DNA of 62,990 bases, the filler included, from Hausera hauseri (taxonomy: Eukaryota): the NCBI GenBank assembly GCA_046269625.1. It is 12 parts of 12 records of this genome, joined end to end, with 100 filler letters (N's around TTAATTAATTAA, not from the genome) between each part and the next. Parts side by side here need not be neighbours in the genome. Positions count along the whole stretch, not along the records: positions 49,303 to 53,354 come from JBJURY010792757.1; positions 53,455 to 58,711 come from JBJURY010297389.1; positions 58,812 to 62,990 come from JBJURY010717435.1; 9 more parts are not named here. One strand, written 5' to 3'. Position numbers and translations under genes: made by a program. Shown piece by piece: positions 49,479-62,990 of the stretch (position 1 is its first letter; every line of letters begins with the position of its first letter). The notes beneath the pieces are model-generated. The model was not told the origin of the DNA and ran no database searches. It saw nothing but the letters and a program-made list of their open reading frames with translations.

Positions 49479-52400
49479 GAAGAGAAATTACAATTAATGG
49501 AAGTTTTTCACGGGCCAGAAACCGAGAATGAATATGCACTGGCACCAAACAATACTAATATGGGGCGGAAAAAGCCTATTCCGCAAGGAATAGCCCAGTT
49601 AGAGAAACAAATGACACCTCAGAATATAGATTTAGACGCCGAAATAGAATCCGGAATGAATAACCCAGATGAAACGACAGATGAAGTCGAAAGTGAATTT
49701 ACTGGGCTCTTAGTTCTCAAAATAACAGAACAAGAGCAGAAGCCCAACGCCTAAGAGGGGGTCCAAGACTCGCTCTCGGTCTTCCGTTCAAAGGGACTCG
49801 GAAGAGAAGATTTCTATACTGTTACCTTAGGTGATGATTTGCTCTCAAACACTCCTATTATGCCTAAAAAACCTTCAGAAACGTTAGAAACACCAGATGT
49901 AATAAATATTAATGACGAAATTAACGAGATTTTTTCGCCTCCCACTACTGAGGAAGAAACAGAAAATAGTAATGATTTTGACCAGAGGAAATGGAAATTT
50001 CCACGCTCATGGAAGAATGCCGATGAATTAAAGAAAATGAGAATTAGATGTCACGATCCGGAGGTAATCTAAAACAATTTAGAAAGACTTAAACAGATTA
50101 GCAGACAAGTAGATATATCTGGTAAAGAAGAACAATTTGCGAAGTTATAAAAGTTTAAAATTATGTAGCAAGGGGAAGCTCGATGAAGCAATCGAATTAA
50201 GACAATCCGAAGAGGTATCACAGGATACGTTGAGCAAATGGAACCAGGAATTAGAGTCATGGATTAAAAGTGGAGTCGAATTCTCAAATGGATCTAGTAA
50301 AAACCAAGACTGGATGTAAAAGTTGCTAAAGCACAAACGTTACTATCAACCTTAGAAGTTAATCCCAAGTTGACAAGAGTAATCCGTGATTTAGAACGCA
50401 AGATGGATGAAATCCGTTATGCAATGATCAACCGGCTTATAGAAAAAAAGTCAGCAATCGAAAAGATATCGATTTAGAAATATTTGGTATAGACCCAGTA
50501 GATATTCCTCCCTTGATGGAAATGATAAAAATTACCTTTGCCTTACCCAGACGATGTAAGAATTTAGAGAATCGTATTAAAATGGAGAACGAAGAGATCA
50601 CAGATCAGTAGTTTGAGAAATCGAATTATGTTAATGAATAACGAAGAAACCAAATACATAATAAAGGCTTGTATCATAAAATTCGATGAACATAAGGATG
50701 AGTTTAACTACGTTATCCAAATTATGAATTTCATAAAAGGTCCAGACGACGAATTAAAAGATGCATATAAGATGCTAGACAAGGCTATATTGGCAAAACC
50801 AGTAATCGCCAACCAGTTGTCAGAATGGTCCGAGTTAATAACGAGATTAAGCAAATTAGTAGAAGACCGTAAGAAAGAATTCCCAGAAAGCGAACCATCT
50901 GTAAAAATGCAATTAGAAGAAAGTGTACGTAACCTAGATACCATACAAGCAGAAATAGACATCCGAACACAGTTCGAAGTATTACGACGTTTAAATTTTA
51001 TGAAGAAGGAGCAAGAAACGATGATATTGGTAGAGATTTATAAAATGATCGAAGAAACAAACTTTACAGAAAAACGAAATGGCTTGCAATTTTTATCCGA
51101 AATTAGCAAACATCCAGTTATAAGGAGTCCAATACTTGACGGCTAAATCCATCGACAAAATTTTAATACAAGATATCGAAACTTTAGATATTTATACAAA
51201 ACATAGAGTGGCCATGGAAGAAGCGATGAGGTTCATATGTAACCCACACGAATGTATGCCTGGAACAGATCAAAACTGTCATACCGAGTTAACCAAAATA
51301 AGAAACGAGCAACATTTCAGTTTCGAAGAAGCTAAATTTGTAAAGAAATTGCTCGACGCAATGGATCCCGATTCAAAAATCATAAATGAGATGTGAGTTA
51401 ATCTACTTATTAGTAGAAATGGCAGAGATTAACGATTAGATGAGACAACTGATGTCCCAATTACGACAAGTTGAGGAAACATGCATCAGAACTAAACAAA
51501 GAGCAACAAGGTTAGACTAATTAGTAAAAGAACTTGAAGTCTATCGAAACAAACATGCTTTCACCAAGTCAGAAATCGTAAACAAATGAGAATTTGTGCA
51601 AAGATGGCAGAGATGTAATTATTGAATTGACTGATTATCACCAGAAGGGATTCATCAATTGTAATGAATTAGACGAATTGCTGAAAACGATTCAGTATGC
51701 CTGTGGGAACGAAATATGTTTCCGGACTATGCAGATGAAGGAAATACAACCAAGATTGGAAGAAATTCGGGAAAATGTGCAAAGAACGAATACGGCCTTA
51801 GTAGACTATGGACTTCCAGATGTTGGGAATGAACCGGAATGGGATGCGTATTTAGAGGCGATAACGGCCGAAAATCCTATAACTCCAGTACCCCTAAATA
51901 AAATAGAAGCATATCCGCAGAACAAGAAGTTCAATGTGGAGATGCTCCTGGATTTAGCACCAACCGCAAAAGATATAATCGAGCTAATTAACGTAAACAT
52001 TACTGAAAATAAGTTAAGACAACTTATTCCGACCTTAACTAAATTATCTAGTGAGAACACAATTTACAATACGACGCCGAAACTTTTGATAAAGATGTAT
52101 GCCAAAATCTTCAGGGCTAAACCTGAAGCAACAATGAAAATAAAAATATCGTCCGAGTGGATGGACGAAAAAGAATGCGAGTTGACCACTTATTCCTTCG
52201 TAAAGGACGTAAGAGTGGTTAAGGAATAACGGTGGAACGAACGAGTCAAATTATAGATTTTATTTCAGAGGTAGAATACTAGACGATTTAGAACAGTTAA
52301 TAGACGTCGGAATTATACCCGACGAAACAAACAGAATAGTGGTAACAATAACCAACGAACAGACTAAAGAAGCCACACGTAAAGCAAAGACAGAACAATG

Positions 52401-53064
52401 TGTAGGACAAATCATGGGAGTTCAAGACGCCGCAATTTATTTCGATTATTTTCAAACAGACGAAGACAAGGAACAATATGACAAGAATTTAGTACCATTA
52501 AGCATAACATTGCCAGCTGCCCCGAAACAGACGGCCAGTAGGTAAGCCTAGGAAAATTCGAGAAGACGTCGATCACAACTGAGAGCTAATTAGAGAATTG
52601 AGACAGATGTCAATTCCCACTTTCAGTACGGATAATGAAGAATTAATTGAATTAATGAGGAATCTAATGCGAATCGTGAATTATTCGAGCCTTCGAGGAG
52701 ACGCATTAGATGACAAAGAGAAAGTGATATTTAATGCAGCTAGGAGAATGAGGAGCTCGCATTTTAAGTTATCAAAGAGTAACCTAACTGACGATGTAGT
52801 AGTTGAGAAAATTATGGTGGAGAACACGACAGAAGAGCTAAGGAAAGTATTCTTGTACTTAGCAATCATGACAAATCCTAATGGAGAAAATGAATTTCAT
52901 CGAGCTACAAGCTTGGCGCGACAGGCGGCTAGGAAGCTTCCTTGCAAAGTAAGTTGGCCAAAATTATTTGATAAAGAAGACAAAAGGATCAGTAGTAACA
53001 ATAGAATTGAAGACATCTTACGGAACTTGACGACAACGGATAATAACAACCAGAAGAATGAATC
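49479..53064 (+). pseudogene. Region X (copy 2) including ubiquitin-like domain and pre-env segment
   Basis: Collinear with 31970-34708. IVNYSSLRGD...ENTTEELRKVFLYLA..TNP..ENEF is collinear with 19527-19904. Confidence 0.88.
52134..52350 (+). pseudogene. Ubiquitin-like domain (one frameshift near 52215)
   Basis: MKIKISSEWMDEKECELTTYSFVKDVR/(E)WLRNNGGTNESNYRFYFRGRILDDLEQLIDVGIIPDETNRIVV aligns without gaps to ubiquitin 1-71. Confidence 0.75.
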
Positions 53065-53354
53065 TAACTGGTTGATCAGCTTACTCACTATAATGATGCT
53101 AATAAAACAGATAGGTGCTGTCACTCTATGATTGCGATAGATTTAAGCTCGGACAAAAATATTCACTAATGGACTTAGAGGCGTGTGAAAAACGCCAGAC
53201 CACACAAATTGGAAACGAAGGAGAAGAGTTATTTCCTATACCAATAACAAGAATTGATATCTTTGGACGGCATAGAGTGTATGCTGAGACGATCTCGTAG
53301 CATTTTCCACTGTGGACTAATGCACGGACATTCCTCGATAATCAAACCAACAAC
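53065..53354 (+). pseudogene. env: Signal peptide and N-terminus of chuvirus/gB-type glycoprotein (copy 2)
   Basis: NWLISLLTIMMLIKQIGAVT-LYDCDRFKLGQKYSLMDLEACE...CMLRRSRSIFHCGLMHGHSSIIKP. Confidence 0.9.
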
Positions 53355-53454
53355 NNNNNNNNNNNNNNNNNNNNNNNNNNNNNNNNNNNNNNNNNNNNTT
53401 AATTAATTAANNNNNNNNNNNNNNNNNNNNNNNNNNNNNNNNNNNNNNNNNNNN

Positions 53455-56400
53455 CAGGTTCAAACAGCACCATTTCCCTGCCTATATGATTATAAAAAAC
53501 TTTTGAAAATATCCACTCAAGAGATTTCAGATGAGATAATTTCCTCACGTATATGATTACAACAAACTTTTGAAAAAATCCCCTGAACCAGTTCCATACC
53601 ACACTGTTTCACCAACTATATGAATATAGCAAACATTTGAAAAAATTCAATCAACCAATTTCAGAAAATACCATTTCCCCACCTATCTGACTATAACAAA
53701 AATTTGCAAAAATGATTGGTACAACACAATTTCCCCGCCCGTTTGACTATAACACAGATTTGTAAAAATCCCTTCACCTAGTTTCAAACAAAACAATTTC
53801 CCCACATAACTTATTAGAACAAACTTCTGAAAATGTCCCCTGAACCACTTTCTATGAACATCAATTCCCCACTTATATAAGTATAACCAACTTTTGAAAA
53901 AATCCCCTCAACCAGTTTCAGACGACAACATTTCACCAACTATCTGAATATAACAAATATTTAAAAAAATCCCTTGACCCAGTTTAAGACAACACCATTA
54001 TCCCACCACTCCGACTATAAAAAACAAGTGAAAAAAATCTCCTCATCCAGCTTCAGACAACATCATTTCACCGCCTATCTGATTAAAGTAAATATTTGAA
54101 AAAAATCCATTGAACCAATTTCAGAAAACACCATTTCCCCACCTATCTGACTATAAAACAAATTTGCAAAAAATGCCCTCAACCAGTTTCAGACAACACA
54201 ATTTCCCTGCCTATCTGATTATAAAAACTTTTGAAAAAATCCACTCAAGAGATTTCAGACGACACAATTTCCTCACGTATCTGACTATAACAAAGTTTTG
54301 AAGATATCCCCTCAACCAGTTACATACCACACCGTTTCACCAACTATCTGATTAGAGCAAACATTTAAAAAAATCCAATCAACCAATTTCAGAGAACACA
54401 ATTTCCCCATATATCCGTCTATAAGAAAAATTTACAAAAAAATCCCCTCAATCGGTTTCAAACAACAGAATTTCCCCACATATCTCAGTATAACAAACAC
54501 TTGAAAAATTCGCCTGACTCAGATTTGTACAATACCATTTCCACACCTGCCTGACTACAACACATATTTGTAAAAATCCCTTCATCCAGTTTCAGAAAAC
54601 ATGAATTCCCCACTTATCTGATTATAACAAACTATAAAAAAGTGCCCTGACCAAGTTTCGGACAACGCAATTATCCCACCACTCTGACTATAAAAAACGT
54701 GAAAAAAATCTCCTCATATAGCTCCAGACAACACCATTTCACCGCCTATCTGATCAGAGCAAATATTTGAAAATTCCACTCGACCAATTTCAAAAAGCAC
54801 CATGTCGCACCTATCTGACTGTAACCCAAATTTAAAAAAATGCCCTCAATTAGTTTCAGACAACAAAAATTTCCCGCCTATTTGAGTATAACAATTCGCC
54901 TGATCTACATTTGACTAACACCATTTCCCCACCTATCTGACCACAACACAGAATCGAAAAAAGTCCACTCAACTAATTTCAGAAAACACCATTTCCCCAC
55001 ATATCTATCTATGACAAAACCTTGAAAAAATACCCTCAACCAGTTTCAGACAAAACAAATTCCCCACATATCTGAGCATTACAACCGTTTGAAAAATTTG
55101 CCTGACTCAGATTGGTACAACAACATTTCCCCGCCTGCATGATTATAAAACAATACAATTTCCACACCTGCCTGACTATAACACACATTTGTAAAAGTCC
55201 CTTTATCCAGTTTCAGAAAACGTGATTTTCCCACTTATCTGATTATAACAAACTATGAAAAAATACCCTGACCCAGTTTCAGAAAACACCATTATCCCAC
55301 GACTCTGTCTATAAAAAACATGTGAAAAAATTTAATCATCCAGCTTCAGACAACACAATTTCACCGCCTATCTGATTAGAGCAAACATGTGAAAAAAGTC
55401 GACTGAACCAATTTCAGAAAACAACATTTCCCACCTATTTGACTATAACAAAAATTTGCAAAAATGCCCTCAACCACTTTCAGACAACACAAATTCCCCA
55501 ACTATATAAGTATAACAAACATGTAAAAAATTGTCCTGACGCAGATTTGTACAACACGATTTCCCCACCTCTCTGATAATAACAAAAATTTTCAAAAATG
55601 CACTCAACCAGTTTCGGACAACATCATTTCCGTACCCATCTGAGGATAACAAAAGTTTGTAAAAATCCCCTCTACCGATTTCAGACAACAGAATTTCCCC
55701 ACCTATCTGAGTATAACAAACATTTGAAAAATTTGCCTGACTCAGACTTGTACAATATCATTCCCACACCTCCCTGATTATAACACACATTTGGAAAAAT
55801 CCCTTTATCCAGTTTTATATAACATGATTTCCCCACATTTCAGATTATAACAAACTATGAAAAAATACCCTGACCCAGTTTCAGACAACACCATTATGCA
55901 ACCACTATGACTATAAAAAATATGTAAAAAAAATCTCCTCATGCAGCTTCAGACAACACCATTTCACCGCCTATCTGATTATAGCAAACATTTGAAAAAA
56001 GTCCACTGAACCAATTTCAGAAAATAGCATTTCCCACCTATCTGACTATAACAGAAATTTGCAAAAGTGACCTCAACCAATTTCAGACAACACAAATTCC
56101 CCAACTATATGAGTATAACAAACATGTAAAAAATTGTCCTGACGCAGATTTGTACAACACAATTTCCCTTCCTGTCTGGCAATAACACAGATTTGTAAAA
56201 ATCCCATCATACAGTTTCAGACAACACGATTTCCGCACTTATCTGATTATAACAAACTATGAAAAGATGCCCTGACCCAGTTTCAGCAATACCATTATCC
56301 CACCACTCTGACTATAAAAACGTTTAAAAAATCTCCTCCTATAGCTTCACACGACACCATTACACCGCCTATTAGACTGCAAAAATATCTGCAAAAATGC

Positions 56401-57530
56401 CCTCAACCAGTTTCAGACAACATAAATTCCCCAGCTATCTGAGTATAACAAATATTTGAGAAATTCGCCTGACCCAGATTTGTACAATACCATTTCCCCA
56501 CCTGTCTGACTATAACATACATTTGTAAAAATACCTTCATCCATTTACAGACGACACAATTTCACCACCTATCTGACTATAACAAACATTTGAAAAGATC
56601 CCTTGACCCAGTTTCAGACAACATCATTTCCCTTTCTATCTGGTTATAAAAACTTTTGAAAAAATCCACTCAAGAGATTTCAAACGACACAATTCCCTCA
56701 CGTATCTGACTGTAACAGACTTTTGAAAAAATCAGCTCAAGCAGTTCCAGGGCACACCGTTTCACCACTTATCTGATTATAGCAAAGATTTGAAAAAAAT
56801 CCAATCAACCAATTTCAGAAAACTGTATTTCACCTCATATCTGACTATAAGAAAAATTTGTAAAAATCCTCTCAACGGGTTTCAGGTAACAGAATTTCCC
56901 ACCTATCTGACTGTAACAAAAATTTGCAAAAATACCATGACCCAGTTTCAGACAACACCATTATGCCACCACTCTGACTATAAAAAATATGTAAAAAAAT
57001 CTCATGCAGCTTCAGACAACACCATTTCACCGCCTATCTGATTAGAGCAAACATTTGAAAAAAGTCCACTGAACCAATTTCAGAAAATAACATTTCTCAC
57101 CTATCTGATTGTAACAAAAATTTGCAAAAATGTCCTCAACCAGTTTCAGATAACACAAATTTCCCACGTATCTGAGTATTACAAACATTTGAAAAATTCT
57201 CCTGACCCAGATTTGTACAACACCATTTCCCCGCCTGTCTGACTATAACACATATTTGTAAAAATCCCTTCATTTAGTTTCAGAAAACATGATTTACCCT
57301 CTTATCTGATTATAAAAAACTTTTGAAAAATTCCCCTCAACCAGTTTCGGGCAACTCCGTTTCACCAACTATCTGATTATAGCAAACATTTAAAAATTCC
57401 TCTCAACCAATTTCAATAAACACCATTTCCCCACCTATTTCAGTATAACAAACATGTGAAAAATTCCACTCAACCAGTTGCAGACAACATCATTTCACCA
57501 CCTATCTGATTATAGCAAAAATTTAAAAAA
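53455..57530. repeat. Satellite array, ~67-68-bp monomer, ~60 diverged copies
   Basis: Consensus approx. tcagacaacaccatttccccacctatctgactataacaaacatttgaaaaaatcccctcaaccagtt. Confidence 0.95.
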
Positions 57531-58989
57531 TCGGCCAGAACAGATCTGCAGAAACTGCGTCACCTTCCACCATTAAGATACCAACCCACATCTTTAACTA
57601 ACCGGCAAAATTAAGAAAACTTAATAAGGAATTGTCAATGTGTCCACTATATAGATCTGAATTTGCACTACCAGGTAACAATTTATTCCTATCTATGCAG
57701 AACAGCTTGAATGCACGCGAGTTTCAAAAGAGATCTGTAAATGTTACTAATCACAGTTTTCTTGTTCAGAAACAACGTTGTCAGAAAATTGCCACTATTT
57801 TGACTGTAAAAAGCTCAATACTCTTGATTATCCACTATATTGCTATTCATAATTCGTATGAAATTATAAAGTGCAAAAACGATAGACTGGGTTTAAATCA
57901 ATAAAACAATCCAGATCTATATTCGTCCATGAAATATGTCCAACATGTCATTTACCTGTACTGTGGGAGATCATCAATCAATTTTGCTAATTCTTTTGTG
58001 CTCTCTGAATTACTTGGTGAATAACAAACAATGCGTCCCATAAAGCTGTTGGTAAATTTTCGGCGAACATTCAACTGTTTAATACCATACTGAACACGAT
58101 CGATTGCAGACTGAGACCATTTAAGAATTCGTTTCTGTTTGAACTTTGTGCTGAAACGTCCATGAACACTTCATTTTCATTCCGTGTGGAACGTTACTGC
58201 TTTCCAAAAATGTCATTATGTCCGCAGTATTGTAGGGCTGATCGGTCAGCTGTATCGAACGGAATTGAGGTTCACCATTTCTTCAATTCGATCAGAAGTT
58301 GTTTCAATGTTCCGCCGAAGTCGAATATTTTTTTGAGCCTTCTTATGGTTCGCTAACGTTTGTGCCACTTATGTGGCCAGTGCTTTACACGCATGAGGCT
58401 TTTTAACGGTAGACACCGATGAAACCACCGATTGTGGAAAAATAATAGATCAACGCAAATAACCTTCTGAACTTAGGGAAAGAAACTTTCTGTCCAGAAT
58501 AGGAATTTTTGGAAATTTCAATTACGGGTAACTAACATCCGAACAACGCCCCCCCCCCCCCCGGATTCAAAATCACCGACTAGTAAAGATTGTGTCCGTT
58601 GAAAGTTTTTATGATTGATATTTCCAAATTTATTCACGTAGAAAATTCGAATGACGATGATTCCAATCATTTCGTGTAATTGTTAGACTTCTGCAAAAAC
58701 TTAATTGTGGTNNNNNNNNNNNNNNNNNNNNNNNNNNNNNNNNNNNNNNNNNNNNTTAATTAATTAANNNNNNNNNNNNNNNNNNNNNNNNNNNNNNNNN
58801 NNNNNNNNNNNAGTAATCAATCTTTTATTATTAATTTAAAATTTAATTTATTACATCCATTTGTTTATAAATTTAAAACAATTTTATTAAAAGTTTTTGT
58901 GTACCTTTCTGTTCATTACAGATACCAGCCGGTACAATATCATCAGCTACATCTAGTCAGGTTCGGAAGTTTATGAAAAAACTCGAGTG

Positions 58990-60078
58990 TAGAAGGAAAT
59001 GTCAATGTCTGTTATGTGTTCCATGTAAAACTCATACTCTGCAACTTGTTGTCCATGCAGATTTTGGAGTGCTGGTAATCCAGGAACTCATTTATGCACG
59101 CCAAAAATTGGCGGGACACTTCAAACATAGTATCACTGCCAATTTTGCTTGGCAAAGAAGCAGCCGGAGTCAGGAATACCTCAGCATCGCCTGCAGCAAG
59201 ACGTGACAACCAGATGGAATAGTATTCTTCTGCGAGCGAGCACTAGAGCAGCGGTTTGCTATAAGCAAGGTTCTGGAGAACATGGATACCACCCCAAATC
59301 GAGATCATCGCAGTCTGGATCTCAACTCTGATAAATGGGAGTCAATGAGAGAACTCGTGCAGGTTCCCAAACCATTAGATGTGGGAACAACTGTCTTCTG
59401 CTCAGTGCACCAAATGCCCTTGTACTGTGTTTACTGTATCCTTGTGCGAATGAGGCTCACACTAACCCCATCTAGAAATGAACTGCCTGCTATTAAAATG
59501 TAAAAGAGGAAATGAAGCGTCAACTAGAAGTCAGTTGGAAGATGAACACAACTGACCTTTCGTGCCTTCTTATTTTATTCTCAGCCTTGGATCCCCGCTT
59601 TAAGGGACTGAACTATGTCTTTTCCTCAGAAGTTCACTTGGTGAAATCCCAGATTGTCAAGATGTATGCTAAAGAGAGTGAGAAACTAGAGCAGAAAAAG
59701 TGGTATTGCGAGTGGACCGGATCAAAAGAAGTGGAAGACAAATATGAGTGCATGAGATATCCTACTTGGAGAGCAGAAAGGTTCTGCTAACCCAAACAGT
59801 TCCACGCAGGAAGAATGCAATAGTTACTGGGTTGAGATTTCTGTGGCCCAAGATGGTGATCCACTCTACTGGTGGTCAGTCAAGGAAGCATCGTACCCGT
59901 TCGATGAGCGCCTTGCAAAGGGACTCTTGTGCATTCTAGCTACATCTGCTGCATTCGAAAGAGTCTAATCAACAACGGGCAATACTGTGACGCATTTACG
60001 AAATTCTCTCGCCGGAAATACTGTGGAAAGTTTAACATTTTTATCCATGAATGCTGATCTGTTGGATAGTGTCAAGTA
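58990..60078 (+). mobile_element. hAT (ZBED1/Ac-like) transposase pseudogene
   Basis: PCKTHTLQLVV, KLAGHFKHS, LQQDVTTRWNS, LDPRFK, and hATC motifs DPLYWW...LCILATSAAFERV*S..G...RNSL. Confidence 0.92.
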
Positions 60079-60270
60079 ATTATATACCCGATGATTGTTT
60101 AATAAATGTTTACGAATGACACTTTGTGGATTCTCTTATGATTTATGAGATGACTGTTTAGAGTCGACTAACTATTTTGTTATTTTTTCAGTACTGGCAA
60201 AGCTTCGAAGCAAACAATTCACCATTTGTTTTACTAATTTCAAAGTATAAATATAATCAAAAAATAATTT

Positions 60271-61110
60271 TTATAGAAGTTTAGTTACTTTGTTTTGCAC
60301 AAAAGTCTTAAACCGGTTTACCAATGATAAAACAAGGCCGTCAAATAAAACGACCGGAAATAAAGCAACACAAAGGCAAAGGACAATGTAATATTCAACA
60401 TGTTTATGGATTTCTACAATGGGTTTGTTCACCGATTCTAATGAGTCATCGGAACTCGATCTAATGAGTCTCTCTCTTGCCGGTTCAAGCCGACGTCTAC
60501 AGGAGCGACCAGGCACTAATTCGCTTTCCGTTGATACCAGGGCCTGGAACAGTTGGTCGACTGCCGTCATTATCTTCAGGAAAATCCCGAGGAATCTGGC
60601 CGAATCGAACGACCGTCGCTCGTCTCCGTCCTGGTAGTAGGCGCCGAGATGAACCCTAACCAGGTGATGCGGATCTTCTACCGGCAGGCTTGTTAGGTGC
60701 CGTGCGAACCGGTTTTGCTCTAAGAACTCTCGTACTGTACAAAAATCTGAATATGATCTGTACGATTGGGGACGTCGGTCGATTTGACGTTGCCCTCGCC
60801 ATGGCTTGGAGTTTCGTCGGATAGGATGTCTATTGTGGCTTGTTTCCAGCACATCAGGTGACCCGTAGCTTGGGACGTGTACGTTTTTCCAGTTGGTACT
60901 TTAAGAATTTTTACCCCGGATCAACGTATGCAGTCTCTCTGGAGATAATTTCACTAATTCGGGCCTTGGCTGGAGGTGACGCAGGCATAATTGACTTCTC
61001 TTGTTCCCGGATGATTGGTTCAACGGACTTTGCAGTAGTTCTGGTTCTCGCCAAGCTTTTGTTACCGTCGATGAAAGATTTCTTGTTAAAACTTGAAGAC
61101 TGCTTTTCAC
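60271..61110 (-). CDS. Unknown protein with C-terminal hydrophobic anchor (one internal stop at 60901-60903)
   Basis: ORFs 61110-60901 and 60852-60271 are in the same frame. GC is higher than the flanks. TM-like YYIVLCLCVALFPVVLFDGLVLSLV. Confidence 0.4.
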
Positions 61111-61291
61111 ATCTTTTTTGAAAATTTTTACTGAACTTTTTTCTGTGAATTAAAACAAATGGAATTTAATCCATGGATTTTTGTCACTTGTAATGGTAAT
61201 TGATTACAAGTGCTGGTTACTTCGACCGTGAATTCATTTTCAGCACTTGCAATAATTGTATCGATTTCAAACCCAGTTGTTGGGTTGGGTA

Positions 61292-62195
61292 AATAGTAGG
61301 GAAAAATGGGAAGTCTGCCTCACCCCCTCCGGGGGTGTGCGAATCGATCAATCAGTTTACACATATGCCAATCGATAGTTCACACGGAATACTAACGATC
61401 GATAGTGTGCTAGGCGACTGTGCCGCTATGCGCCGTTGCTATGCACATTTTTCCACATTTCACAAATCGATCGCTGCACAGTGTAGTATTGATCGAATCG
61501 ATCGGGACAAAGTGCTAAACGATAGTGCACATCAGTTCACATCGATTAGTGCACAGTGCATGTGTGCAAACCATGTGCAAGTGTGCAAAATTCAATAATA
61601 TCGGATTTCCGATAATCCCAATGTTGATGATTGGGGCACGCCACCGGGTGAAATGGAAAGCATACATGATGCACTGTGCCAATGTGCAGTTAGAATTTAA
61701 ATATATTGATTGGTTTTTGAATAATTGCCAACTGAGGCAGACTTCCCATAGGCCTTTCCGCTATAAATTGAAAATTAATAATATCAATATAGCACATATA
61801 CTGGCGAGTGCAGTACTTGATGTACTATCGTTCAGTGAAATACTCGAATTAGGTGTGCTCTTAAATACAGTTGCCAAGGCACTTTTTACTTTTTACATAT
61901 TTGTCACTGCAGCGTAGGATTGATGAAATCGATTGGGGTCAAGTGCAGTTAGATACAGCACATCGAGATTCACCTTGATATATACTGTGCAGTGCAAAAA
62001 CACATGTGCAAGTGTGAAAAAATCAATAATATCGGTTTTCCAATATTTCCAATATTGATTATTAAGACATGAGACCGCGTGCATTGAAACAAACACATGG
62101 TGCGGTATATGAATGTGCAGTTAGAATTTATATTTATCGATTAGATTTTGAATAATATCGATCAAAAATGAAACTGAGACAGACTTCCCATAGGT
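61292..62195 (+). mobile_element. Polinton-like terminal region with internal ~180-bp direct repeat
   Basis: Starts (a)TAGTAGGGAAAAATGG and is rich in ATCGAT/GTGCAC palindromes. 61573-61753 is repeated at 62003-62194. Confidence 0.45.
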
Positions 62196-62990
62196 TTTAT
62201 TTTCTCCTAGCACTCAAAACTCGATATTATATTTAGCGGGGACAGATTGAAAGTCGAATGTGGCGATCTCAAATCTCAAGTCAGATAATCGAAATTCGAA
62301 CATTTTCAAGCTGGAAAATCAAAGTTCGAATTACTCGAAAAATCTAACAAAGGCAATTGATTTCCCATATATGGAAACCCCCTTATGCATAAAAATTATT
62401 TCATGAAAATGATCTATATAGATATAAAATCAATATTTTGAATTAATCAAAATATGTATTTAAATCTCAGTGGGGACAAAAAAATATGACTAACCAACCA
62501 AAATGCAACAATCTTGAAATAAATATGGCTATTCCTTGCATGATTTAGTACATGATGGTCAAGGCGCTGTGATGCATTGATTATTACATGAGGTAATCAA
62601 CATAAAATATGGTAAATATTAAAGGGGAAAAAAACCTTTCAAATATTTTCAAGGTTTTAAGACAGCTTAGAGTTTTGAAATGTGAAGTGAAACACTAACC
62701 ATTATTCTCCGATGTAGAAATTCTCAATTCAAATCATCAACAACTAATAGAGGAAATGCACCTTTATATAAAAGCTAGATGCCTGTTAGCCACAATTAGC
62801 TTTAGGTTAAGGTTCCGTACCTGGCAGCCTTTTTTGTGGTGAAACCCAACAACCACGATGTGCAACACCGGTCCTTTCCCGTCGTCTCTTCCGTGAGACT
62901 CCATTCCCCCTTTTAGTGTTATGTTCTTCAGCCCGGGGGTTCGGACGTAAACACAGCAAACGGAGCCGAATTTCAAACCCGAATCATAAG

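Noticed and set aside
541-53354. Alternative genetic code (stop read-through) explaining the many in-frame stops
   Set aside because: All three stop types occur together with frameshifts and differ between homologous copies, as expected for neutral decay.
53455-57530. CRISPR-like array or repeat-protein gene
   Set aside because: The whole monomer is repeated with no unique spacers, there are no cas genes, the context is eukaryotic, and the period is not a stable multiple of 3.
57540-58711. Possible gene fragment next to the satellite
   Set aside because: No recognisable protein motif in any frame examined.

Overview
The window is not one locus. It is 12 unlinked eukaryotic contigs joined by 100-bp artificial spacers (44 N + TTAATTAATTAA + 44 N). 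Most of the DNA is AT-rich and full of decayed transposons: Ty3/gypsy LTR elements, Tc1/mariner, hAT, piggyBac, Helitron, Polinton-like termini and a ~67-bp satellite. There are a few host-gene fragments (importin-alpha, a RABGAP1-type PTB domain) and some teleost-like sequence (FNTA exons, a coiled-coil ORF with fish-type MITEs). A fish-associated invertebrate parasite such as a myxozoan is a plausible source, but this is inference. The main discovery is a large, virus-like Ty3/gypsy family tiled from three homologous contigs (30.5-34.7 kb, 49.5-53.4 kb, 19.5-24.8 kb). Its order is Gag(CA, CCHC) - ~1000-aa unknown region containing a ubiquitin-like domain - internal signal peptide - chuvirus/herpes-gB-type (class III) glycoprotein with TM and a PTAP-bearing tail - protease - RT - RNase H - integrase. 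Env therefore sits BETWEEN gag and pol. Other contigs show integrase read through into a secreted FN3-like/mucin module, and a long 3' frame with two RING fingers ending at PPT+LTR; these may be the 3' arm of the same or a sister family. All copies are mutationally decayed, and the full element is a composite reconstruction.
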